Virus record (IMG/VR): IMGVR_UViG_3300033075_001674
Span: 32,001 to 96,000 of that record
Length of the DNA: 64,000 nt
Reading direction: 5' to 3' (one strand)
From: a virus
Taxonomy: Duplodnaviria > Caudoviricetes
Shown: positions 50,901 through 57,882 of the stretch, piece by piece
Layout: each line of letters opens with the position of its first letter
Numbering within the stretch: position 1 is the first letter of the stretch
Notes under the pieces: generated by a model
What the model was told of the DNA's origin: nothing
What the model saw: the letters and a program-made list of their open reading frames with translations, nothing else
The model's database searches: none
Program-made: the position numbers and the translations under genes

Positions 50901-53900
50901 CGGGGGTGTAACCACTACCCCCGGGCGAGTCCTGCTCGCTTCGGCGGTGCCGGACGAGATGCGGAACAAGATCCTCACCGACTTCTCCCTGGAGCTGAAC
51001 AAGAAGGGCGTGAACGCCGTCTTCACCGAGATCGGGAAGAACCACGCCCCGAGGTTCGCTGCGCTGGCCGACAAGCTGAAGGATCTGGGGTACGACACCT
51101 CGACGGGCATCATCAACACCCCCCTGGCCCCCCAGGGCAAGGTCGGGGTGGGCACCCACTCCTTCAAGCTGTCGGACTTCATCGCCGACACCGCCTCTCG
51201 CGACCCTCACCTGCACGCCGCGGACAAGGAGGTGGAGGAGCTGAAGAAGAAAGGTCTTCGACCCGAGGAGCTGAAGCGCCAGATGGCCGAGGCATACCTG
51301 CGGGCGGACGTGGCCATCCAGAAGCAGCACGCAGCCTCCGGGAAGATGCAGGACAACGCGCTAGGCAAGATGACCCGGGCGGGCATGAAGCCCAGCAAGG
51401 ACCAGTACAAGCAGATGGTCCTGGCTCCGATGGTGATGACCAACTCCAAGGGAGAGCTCATCCCCGTACCCGTGCGCCGCAGCTACGGGGAGGGTGTGGA
51501 CCAGATGGGCTACACCGTGCAGCAGGAGGGCGCGCGCAGCGGCACCATCAAGAAGGTGCAGGAGGTACAGGAGCCCGGGTACATGACCAAGCTGCTGCAG
51601 AACACCTCGATGCACACCCTCATCGACACCCACGACTGCGGCACCCAGAAGGGCCTCCTGGTGGGAGTGGGGGACTACGACATCATGGATCGCCACCTGG
51701 CCACCCCCCTCAAGCTCAAGGGGCTGGACCTGCCCGGGGGGACTCTGCTCAGCAAGGACATCGTGGATCGAATCCGCAAGGTCGACCCGTCCGCGAAGCT
51801 GGTGGTTCGCTCCCCGCTTCACTGCCACTCTGAGAAGGGTGTCTGCCAGAAGTGCTACGGGCTAGACGCCAACGGCAAGCACCTGACGGTGGGATCCAAC
51901 GTGGGTGTTCTGAGCGCACACACGCTTGGAGAGCGCGCGGTGCAGCTCACGCTGAAGGCGTTCCACTGCCTCCACGAGCACTCCCTTGTGCTCGTTCGGC
52001 ACAAGGGCAGGGTCTACCACACCACGCTCCGCGCTGTGTTCGAGGGTTCTCCCGGGACGGAGCCCGAGGTCCGGATCCCCCAGGATCTCGAGGTGTGGGG
52101 GCCGGAGGGGTGGGTTCGCGTGTTGAGCGCGAGCCGCCACCTGCAAGAGCCTGGGACCCAGATGGTCTTTGCGCGTACACGCTCCGGCTTCGGCCTCCTC
52201 AGCCAGGACAACCACCCCCACATGCTCGCAGAGAACCTGGCGGTCTGCGAGCGGTGCGGCACCTACCCCAAGCGAAGCAACGGAGGAAAGCAGCACTACT
52301 GCCGGCGCTGCGGGCGAACCTGGCAGGGCGAGCTCCCGGAGCCAGAAGACTTCCAGATGGTCATGCCGTCCGAGCTCTCGGAGAAGTCCCACACCGCCAA
52401 GGTGAGCTGGGGGCCGAGCCCCACCGAGCAGAACCCACCCCTGCGCTCAGGTTGGCTCGCGGGCATGTTCTGCGCAGAAGGGTACATTCACGCGCAGAAC
52501 CGGGAGCAGGGTTCGTATGTGATCGGCTTCGGTATCTCCCAGAACCAGGGCACCCCGGTTTACACCAAGCTCGGAGCGTGCCTGGCCCAGGAGTTCCCGG
52601 AGGCCAGGTTGGGGGCTCGACCCAGGGCCTTCCAGGTCTACGGCCGGGAGCGAGGTCTTTTCTTCGAGAAGACGTTCGGGAGGTACTCCCGGAACAAGGG
52701 GCTGCCGGAGGGGTGGAGCGGTTTGCCTGTGGATTGGTTGGCGGACTTCGTCTCCGGCGTCTTCGATGGGGACGGCACCCTGGTCTCCACCAAGGACAGC
52801 GCCTGGAAAGTTGGAAGGATCGACACCACCAGCTACTTGCTGGCGCAACAACTCCACCACATCTTGCGCTCCAGAGGGGTCCACTCCCGAGTGCTCCTCT
52901 CACCGTGGCGCAAGGCATCTCTGCACCAGGGGTTCGCCGTCACCTTCCCCATCACGGCAGAAGCGAAAGAGATGCTCTCCTCCGCGCTGAAGTTGGCGAA
53001 CGTGGAGGCTCGTCCCCACGGAAACGAGGAGCGGTTCGGAGAAGTGGTGGATTACGTGCGCCCCGTGCGGTTCGGGGCGCCTCCCTGGGTGTACGACCTT
53101 GAGACGGAGACCAGCACGCTCTGCGTCAACAACGTGTGGACCCACAACTCCGGCGGAGTCGCTTCGGCAGGCGGAGGCGCCATCGGGTCTTTCGGTCGCC
53201 TGGAGCAGCTGACCTACCTCCCCGACCAGATCCCCAACTCCGCGGTGCACGCGAACGTGTCGGGCAAGATCACCAAGATCGAGCCAACCCCCACGGGAAC
53301 GAACATCTGGGTGGGGCAGCACATGCACTTCGTGGGCAAGGACAGCAAGGGCAACCCCCTGCACGAGAAGCAGGAGGGGGTGTTCCACACCAAGCCCTGG
53401 AGCCCCCCGCAGGTGGGCAAGGAGGTGAAGCCCGGAGACTTCCTCTCGGACCCCAACCGCACCCACCTCAACCCCCACCGCTTCTTCGAGGCCACCAAGA
53501 GCATGGACAGGGTGCAAGAGAAGCTCGCCGAGGAAATGCACGGCCTTTACGCAGACGAAGGCGTGCGCAAGCGTGCTGTCGAGGTGGTGGTGCGCAGCAT
53601 GGGCAACCTGACCCAGATCGAGCACCCGGGCGGCAGCCCCGACTTCCTGCGGGGGCAGACCTACTCCCGTTCCGCGGTGGAGCAACTCAACAAGGAGCTC
53701 AAGGCCAAGGGTCAGCCCCTGGTGGTCCACAAGCCGGTCTTGCGCGGGGTGAACCTGCTGCCCCTCGACATGACCACCGACTGGATGGCCCGCCTCAACC
53801 ACCAGAAGCTGCGCGGCACCATGATGGAGGGCGCTGCGCAGGGCTGGGCCAGCGACATCCACGGCCGACACCCCGTCCCGGGGCTCATGTACGGAGCCGA

Positions 53901-53955
53901 GTTCGGGCGCAAGAGCATGGATCCTCGGAAGGCAGGCAAGACCAACTTCTACTAA
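44902..53955 (+). CDS. rpoBC: phage multisubunit-type RNA polymerase, fused beta and beta' subunits, with two inteins
   Basis: Beta motifs GPGG, TPEG, NFED, GDKLSHRHGGKG, RMNIGQ and LKLVH; beta' motifs LPIVPPKLRP, NADFDGD, GYMTKLL, QLTLKAFH and C-terminal Zn site. About 2121 aa after intein removal. Confidence 0.95.
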   Translation: MATLDPHEDFQETLKAVTSGLQEAFPIKGRTSSLHLVSVHAGQMPDPEDIGSQYATRVAGKSWMTPIQGVIELRDNETGKVLMTQKTRLMSIPSMTKRFSFIYNGQEHQSANQWQLKPGVFARRQDNGELEARFNVVNRAAFKMKLDPQSQLFHVEYKKANLPAYPLLRAMGVSDQQMEESWGKQVFEANKKVKRQAGVLAQFYRTSTNGKAPPESEEDLAAHLRQVMKESKVRPEVVKQTLAHEVDHVDHTLMLNAGTKLLAVQNGAPEDDRDSLIYKTLRSTGDFLKDQIQASSRNLAMKVQRQLNKGDLKDIRHAFKPGLYDDAVRRLFQSSLVNPAKQINPVDMIGTAMQTTIMGPGGIKSDIQVTDAAKEINPSQFGMIDPLTTPEGGATGISLRLPIGVKRIGDQPHIPVYSIKQKKTIYVNPAQMMAAKKVFADEVEYRNGVPHPLREKVKALGKGNEPEVISFHEADYVMKDPSQVYGTTVNLVPFLQNNSGGRVSMASRHIEQSISLRDRDKPLVRVNAPGGTHTFEEMIGHQSAHTAPVDGRVTRVTADAIHVADASGKEHKVHLYNNYPVNDAKSVLHSTPLVKVGDAVKKGGVVADNNYTRDGVLALGKNLRTAFMSYHGLNFEDGIVITESAAKKLTSNHLHKEMLPIPEVNNQLIFDAKKFQAAHPLAFSKDQLGHIGADGVAKVGAKIRPGDPLVLAMQPYQLKDRTGIGAIRKSLTNQLVDKSLRWESDVPGEVVSVHRNDQGIHVHVRTEEPVRVGDKLSHRHGGKGIITSILPDKDAPRSKDGKPVDILFQPGGLGGRMNIGQVLEAQAGKIAEKTGKPYFVKNFDPKVQDWTRHMMGELKKHGLSDTEELFDPKTGISYGQVMTGPIHFLKLVHQMDKKESMRSGMSLPRVQSKEKYDPTTLQPASGGGTGGQSWGQLGIYALLAHGAKGILRESMTYKSEGEDPETNEAKRWRSQHNEVWNAIQSGQPLPPPKPTFSFHRFTELIKGAGINVDKKGDEFVLSPLTNSHILKMSKGEISDPTAVVHSKRDENGVFKTIKGGLFDDKITGGHGGTGWSHVKLPEPMPNPIFEEPIKKILGITETTYQALVEGKQGVNPLTGKIGPYERGFLVGGSAFKKLLGKIDVSKELAATKKALDSAKPSQVNPLYKKARYLQGLEKTGMRPDEAYVLDYLPIVPPKLRPLSNLDDGALHYDGINGMYNQLGQLTNAMNHPSQKMLPDQYKAEGRRALYDGVSALFGTAALPEGAKDKGILHMIAGSQPKRGIAQKGLLSRRQDASARATIIPEPKLGLDEIGLPKEMAMTILRPQLVRQLVVQGSAKDELAAQNLLAEAHKGKEDPSIQSALNNLANNELVISKRDPALWKYSVQAFRPRIVEGKAIRIHPLVTGGFNADFDGDSAKGLVHVEVSTETGNKEEMPHLGSLPVHGLINLRDFPRQQLLRDDGRVAVYSVPEGVVVPSHLNGVGIVRMPVTEFSIHRDCPLWRVTSRAGRLLEVSEDHSLATLDMNTLDVVETKASGSEGKVFPVMRALAHSHGKDAWDTSCFEGVSERGYPLPQFPLTKASGWFLGAMVGDGWVSDTSKYTNGTAMQISLAYGARGVEVAARWGSFLDNLVPEIAKRSYRNEHEFEGKPALSFRDTVTHSALGRLLQEQLGHGARNKHLPLDFLEWNEQARRGLLAGLLDTDGSVTWVHAATKNKPQFQAAYHTTSAQLAIEVVLLCQSLGIVASYTEYAKRDGLAYNIFLSTSTMQEATWLDLAHPEKKEALERLWGSEPVISGRGDWVPMPPAVRSILLTELRKKGAARKEKTEEGKRAFSLYVVLKKEEPIITRETFALLTEMLGDAVCSEGLMSSWYALCTNPTLSWDVVETAEDTGELHEMYDLTVPDSYTFTMANGAVVWDTMSVQAVLSDEAKRDAARMLPSKNIFSESTGGVAYLPSMESLLGLHRLSLVGQSKGASFSHDKDAIAALHQKKVSLDEQIKVGGVTTTPGRVLLASAVPDEMRNKILTDFSLELNKKGVNAVFTEIGKNHAPRFAALADKLKDLGYDTSTGIINTPLAPQGKVGVGTHSFKLSDFIADTASRDPHLHAADKEVEELKKKGLRPEELKRQMAEAYLRADVAIQKQHAASGKMQDNALGKMTRAGMKPSKDQYKQMVLAPMVMTNSKGELIPVPVRRSYGEGVDQMGYTVQQEGARSGTIKKVQEVQEPGYMTKLLQNTSMHTLIDTHDCGTQKGLLVGVGDYDIMDRHLATPLKLKGLDLPGGTLLSKDIVDRIRKVDPSAKLVVRSPLHCHSEKGVCQKCYGLDANGKHLTVGSNVGVLSAHTLGERAVQLTLKAFHCLHEHSLVLVRHKGRVYHTTLRAVFEGSPGTEPEVRIPQDLEVWGPEGWVRVLSASRHLQEPGTQMVFARTRSGFGLLSQDNHPHMLAENLAVCERCGTYPKRSNGGKQHYCRRCGRTWQGELPEPEDFQMVMPSELSEKSHTAKVSWGPSPTEQNPPLRSGWLAGMFCAEGYIHAQNREQGSYVIGFGISQNQGTPVYTKLGACLAQEFPEARLGARPRAFQVYGRERGLFFEKTFGRYSRNKGLPEGWSGLPVDWLADFVSGVFDGDGTLVSTKDSAWKVGRIDTTSYLLAQQLHHILRSRGVHSRVLLSPWRKASLHQGFAVTFPITAEAKEMLSSALKLANVEARPHGNEERFGEVVDYVRPVRFGAPPWVYDLETETSTLCVNNVWTHNSGGVASAGGGAIGSFGRLEQLTYLPDQIPNSAVHANVSGKITKIEPTPTGTNIWVGQHMHFVGKDSKGNPLHEKQEGVFHTKPWSPPQVGKEVKPGDFLSDPNRTHLNPHRFFEATKSMDRVQEKLAEEMHGLYADEGVRKRAVEVVVRSMGNLTQIEHPGGSPDFLRGQTYSRSAVEQLNKELKAKGQPLVVHKPVLRGVNLLPLDMTTDWMARLNHQKLRGTMMEGAAQGWASDIHGRHPVPGLMYGAEFGRKSMDPRKAGKTNFY
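49150..50655 (+). mobile_element. intein 1 (LAGLIDADG), atypical Ser...Trp-Asp/Thr junctions
   Basis: NADFDGD|SAKG...VSEDH...LGAMVGDG...LAGLLDTDG...MYDLTV...ANGAVVWD|TMSV; 502 aa. Confidence 0.88.
51967..53148 (+). mobile_element. intein 2 (LAGLIDADG plus zinc ribbon) in the trigger loop
   Basis: KAFH|CLHE...QDNHP...LAGMFCAEG...SGVFDGDG...VYDLET...THN|SGG; 394 aa. Confidence 0.92.
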
Positions 53956-53964
53956 GATGCCCGC

Positions 53965-55176
53965 ATGACGATGAGCGGTGGGGTACTCCCCGAGAACCCA
54001 GGGGCCCGGATGCCGGAGATGATCGACGCCACGGTCGAGAACTCCTACCCGGACCGCTGGATGGTCGACGTCTCGGCGGCGAACGGGCGCCGGTGGTTCC
54101 CGAAGGTCGTGGTGCTGAACCCCTACCTACACCACGAGGGAGGGGCAGGGATGTCCTTCACCCCACCCCCCGGCACACGGGGGGTCCTGCTGCTCCTGTC
54201 GGACGGCAGCCCCCCTGCGTTCCTGCCCGGTCTCCCGAACATGCGCCCCTCCTCGGGGGAGCCAGGGGTGCCCCAGGGCGGCAAGGAGGGGACGAAGACC
54301 CCGCTGCAGGAGGCCAGCATGGCCAAGCAGCCGCCCAATGAGCCGCGCTTCGATAACAACCGCCCCCCTCAAGCCGACGGGGATCAATGCTGGCGGGGAG
54401 GCGAGGGGCAGGGGGTGGAGATCCTGGTGGGGGGCGTGGTGCGCTCGTACGCAGGCCCGCTTTGTCAGACCATCTGGGACGTGCGGGGGAAGCGTACCTC
54501 CGCTTGCAGAACCTCGGTCGACTGGTGGGAGGGCGGAGCAGACGCTCAGCGTCGACGCAGCCTCCAGGGAGCCACCACCTACGAGACCACCCACGCCTTC
54601 CGGGTGAAGGCCACGGAGACCCACGCCAGCTTGCGCGTCCGGGAGGGCAAGTCGCTCCTGGGAGAGCCCGACGGCTTCAACGCTACCGAGGCCGCAGCTC
54701 TGGCGGGTCTCGACCTCGATGACGGCGTGATGGAGATGAGCATCAGCCCCGAGGGCTTCTCCAGCTACGACGGCGAGGCGGTGAGCGAGCAGACCCGCAA
54801 CAAGAGCGTGTTCCGCATGCTCGTGACCCTGGGCGGGGGCCTGCTGATCCGGGCTCTGCAGGCCGTGGTGCTCAAGCTGAAGAGCAAGCTGCGCATCGAG
54901 GTGGAGGGGGATATCGTCCTCAGCTCCAAGGGCCGCATCATCCTCGACGGCAAGCAGGGGGTCACCCTGGTCTCCGACGGCGGGCTGAAGCTCCAGGGCG
55001 CTCTCACCCAGGTAGGGGGCGGGGATAAGGGGGTGGCCCGGCAGGGCGACCAGATCCTGTGCACCATCCCTCCGGGGACCACGGTGGGTGGAGCCCTGCT
55101 CGCCCTGCCCCCGGGTCTGTCCTTCTTCTCCGCCACCATCACCAGCCCCGGCAGCCCGGACTTCAAGGTAGGCTGA
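53965..55176 (+). CDS. baseplate spike / gpV-like protein
   Basis: OB-like N-terminus, beta-repeat C-terminus (GDIVLSSKGRIILDG) and VARQGD. Confidence 0.6.
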   Translation: MTMSGGVLPENPGARMPEMIDATVENSYPDRWMVDVSAANGRRWFPKVVVLNPYLHHEGGAGMSFTPPPGTRGVLLLLSDGSPPAFLPGLPNMRPSSGEPGVPQGGKEGTKTPLQEASMAKQPPNEPRFDNNRPPQADGDQCWRGGEGQGVEILVGGVVRSYAGPLCQTIWDVRGKRTSACRTSVDWWEGGADAQRRRSLQGATTYETTHAFRVKATETHASLRVREGKSLLGEPDGFNATEAAALAGLDLDDGVMEMSISPEGFSSYDGEAVSEQTRNKSVFRMLVTLGGGLLIRALQAVVLKLKSKLRIEVEGDIVLSSKGRIILDGKQGVTLVSDGGLKLQGALTQVGGGDKGVARQGDQILCTIPPGTTVGGALLALPPGLSFFSATITSPGSPDFKVG

Positions 55177-55179
55177 GGG

Positions 55180-55806
55180 ATGCCCACCCCGCTGACCCTG
55201 CTCGCCCAAGGCACGCTGGCCGACGTCAACATCGGAGCCAAGGCCGCTGTGCTCGCCATCCTCCCCCTGATCGCGCAGCTCGACCTGCAGCTGGGTGCGG
55301 AGTTCGGACTCGGTCAGCTCAAGGCAGAGATCCAGGCGAGACTCAAGGCGGCGCTGGAGGGGGCGGTCCAGATCACGGCCCCCTCCGCCTCCCTGCTCGT
55401 CGCGCTCCAGGGCGCGCTGCAGAGCGTGGTGGCCCTGCAGGCCGCCCTCAACGCCGGAGGGGTGCTGACTCCCCCGGGGATCTCCGCCAGCGGCAGCCTC
55501 CAGGTGATAGCGGATCTTCAAGCCAGGCTCACCGGTCTGCAGCTGCTGCTGGACCTGGCGGCAGGCGTGCGTCTGCAGGGGGCCAACCTGGTGGGGGCCC
55601 TCAACGCCGCTCTGAGCGTGGGCCCGGTCGCTCTCTACGGCGCCACGGGGCAGCTGCTACCAGAGCTCCTCTCGCAGATCAACGGGGCGGACTACGCCTC
55701 GGTGGGCATCAACAACACGGACACCTGCGACGCCCTGCTCCTCTTGAGCAAAGCACCCGGCTTCAACGCTGCAGCCGGCTTGCTCTTCGTAGTTCCCCCA
55801 GCCTGA
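55180..55806 (+). CDS. Ala/Leu-rich helical virion protein
   Basis: Follows the spike gene; strong codon bias. Confidence 0.6.
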   Translation: MPTPLTLLAQGTLADVNIGAKAAVLAILPLIAQLDLQLGAEFGLGQLKAEIQARLKAALEGAVQITAPSASLLVALQGALQSVVALQAALNAGGVLTPPGISASGSLQVIADLQARLTGLQLLLDLAAGVRLQGANLVGALNAALSVGPVALYGATGQLLPELLSQINGADYASVGINNTDTCDALLLLSKAPGFNAAAGLLFVVPPA

Positions 55807-55821
55807 GTACAATGAGGACCC

Positions 55822-57882
55822 ATGACCACGAAGCTCTTCCTGCCGGTCACCGAGGATGCTCCCGAGAAGCATGCCGCCGCCATGACCAAGCTCCCTCTCG
55901 ACCCCCAGCAGTGGCCAGCCGCTCTTTACCAGAAAGCGGTGGAGGTCCTGCCGGAGCTGGCGGAGTACGACCTCAACATCGCTCTCGACCAGCAAGACAT
56001 GTCTTCGGCCACCGCTCTGGGGGCTGTGCTGGTCTCGCTGAAGCAGGCCCCTTCGCTGGACATCATGGGCCAGGTTCGCCCCACCGCCCCGGGCAAGACC
56101 CTGCGCATCCCGATCCTGATCCTGCGCGGGCAGCTCTACCCCCTCGATCTTCTCGTGGTCCCGGACTCCCGGGGCGGGGAGGCCCGCACCGTCCCCCTCA
56201 CCCCCCGCCGGCTGCGCGCCGCCCTCTTCCGCAGCGACATCTTCCAGACCACCAGCCAGCCCCCGGGTCCCTCCAACCTTGCCGGCCTCCTCTACCCGAG
56301 CAGCCGCGACACCTTCTACGGCGGCAACTCCTCGATCAACCAGAAGCAGGCCTCCCTGCTGGAGGACCTGCTCGTCGAGGGGGCAGACCAGGAGGGGCTC
56401 AGGGCCAAGGTGGCCCAGCACAAGGGCTTCGCGGACAACCCCGCGGCTCGCCCGGCTCTCGAAGCCCTGCTGTCCACCTACGAGAAGGTGGCCAACGTGG
56501 AATGGAATCCCACGGCGCTGCAGATCCTGAAGATCGACTCCGACACCTACGTGGTGAAGTCGGCGAACACGGAATGCTGGGAGCCCAGGGCTCGCACCCT
56601 GTCGAGGGCGGAGCTCATCAAGGAGGCGAGCCCCGAGGAGATCGCTGTTCTCGACACCGAGGGCGAGATCCTCGATGGTCCGGAGACCGCGGCAGGCGAG
56701 ATGGCCGAAGAGCCGGAGGTCCACGTCATCTCCACCCCCGGGGTGGCCAAGGTCACCTCCATCGAAGGCATGCCGATGGTGGGGCTCGTCCTACCCTCCC
56801 TCTTCGACCTCACGGGGCTCCTGGTCCCCATCGGCCTCTTCATGGGTGAGGCGACCGCGCTGGCCCCCGAGATCTACGGGGAGCTGATCGACACCCAGGT
56901 CCCCCCGCATGACGTCGCGAGCGATCCCTCCGGCTACGGCTTCTTCCTACAGACCGAGGGCGAGACGAGGGGCACCGTCCCGATGAGCATCGTCACCAGG
57001 GTGACCACCTCCCAGGGCAGCGCCTGGCTGGTCAGGACCGAGGACGGCAGCACCGGCATGATCGACTACACCGTGGGGGCGAGGAAGCCCTTCGCCACCG
57101 ACGGCGTGCTCCACCTGCCCCACACCTTCCGGTGGATGCCCCTGCCAGCCACCAAGGTGCAGCTCGCCGGCGGAGCTCCCTCGGGCGAGGAGGAGGATCC
57201 GCTCTTCGATGGCCTCACCGAAGACGAGGAGGGGGGAGGGCCGGGCTCGCCCGTCCTGGAGAAGAAGGCTGCCCTGCGCAAGCTCGCCTCCCGCAGGGTG
57301 GACCTCCGCTACCACGGCGCGGACACCTGGAGCGTCTCGGGCCCCCTGCTGGAGAAGGTGGGGGGTCGCTACGACCTCAACGAAGAGGATACGAGGCTGC
57401 TGCTGATCTCCGCCGGCCTGAGCAAGCAGGCGATGGCGAGCGTGATGGTCAAGGCGGCCACCACGGGCGGCAAGGTGCGGATCCTCGCCGGGGTGGAGCA
57501 GTTCACCCCCCCCGCCTCCCACATCAAGGCAGCCCAGGAGAAGAAGGCATCGCTCCGGTTCTCTGCCCCGCTGCCCCCCGGGCTCGACCTCGACGCCGGC
57601 ATCAAGATCGCCGCGGAGTTCCAGGACGGCGACACCATCGACAGCTTGCTCGGTCTGTCGCTCCTCACCCCCGACAACATCTCCACCTTCGTGACGCACA
57701 TCGTGGAGATGGAGAAGGTGCAGGCGATCCTGTGCGATGCCCTGCTCGCATCCAGGTTGGGGCTCAAGGCCTTCGATGAGTCCTCGCTGGAGAAGGCGGT
57801 CCAGGGGATGGAGGCGGCGATCGAGGGCACCTACCTGCTTCGTTTTCAGCAAGGAGGTTCTACCGTATCCTCGAACCTATGA
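55822..57882 (+). CDS. putative virion structural protein
   Basis: 686 aa, many KxA motifs, C-terminal TIDSLLGLSLLTPDNI..F segment. Confidence 0.65.
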   Translation: MTTKLFLPVTEDAPEKHAAAMTKLPLDPQQWPAALYQKAVEVLPELAEYDLNIALDQQDMSSATALGAVLVSLKQAPSLDIMGQVRPTAPGKTLRIPILILRGQLYPLDLLVVPDSRGGEARTVPLTPRRLRAALFRSDIFQTTSQPPGPSNLAGLLYPSSRDTFYGGNSSINQKQASLLEDLLVEGADQEGLRAKVAQHKGFADNPAARPALEALLSTYEKVANVEWNPTALQILKIDSDTYVVKSANTECWEPRARTLSRAELIKEASPEEIAVLDTEGEILDGPETAAGEMAEEPEVHVISTPGVAKVTSIEGMPMVGLVLPSLFDLTGLLVPIGLFMGEATALAPEIYGELIDTQVPPHDVASDPSGYGFFLQTEGETRGTVPMSIVTRVTTSQGSAWLVRTEDGSTGMIDYTVGARKPFATDGVLHLPHTFRWMPLPATKVQLAGGAPSGEEEDPLFDGLTEDEEGGGPGSPVLEKKAALRKLASRRVDLRYHGADTWSVSGPLLEKVGGRYDLNEEDTRLLLISAGLSKQAMASVMVKAATTGGKVRILAGVEQFTPPASHIKAAQEKKASLRFSAPLPPGLDLDAGIKIAAEFQDGDTIDSLLGLSLLTPDNISTFVTHIVEMEKVQAILCDALLASRLGLKAFDESSLEKAVQGMEAAIEGTYLLRFQQGGSTVSSNL

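Noticed and set aside
44902-53955. Bacterial chromosomal rpoBC locus
   Set aside because: No flanking ribosomal protein genes, divergent motifs, and surrounded by portal, terminase and baseplate genes.
14375-56849. Long antisense or alternate-frame ORFs in the track (e.g. 14375-16879, 29401-31314, 39201-41345, 46102-48132, 48844-51330, 55059-56849)
   Set aside because: Shadow ORFs expected in GC-rich DNA opposite or overlapping well-supported genes; no recognisable motifs.
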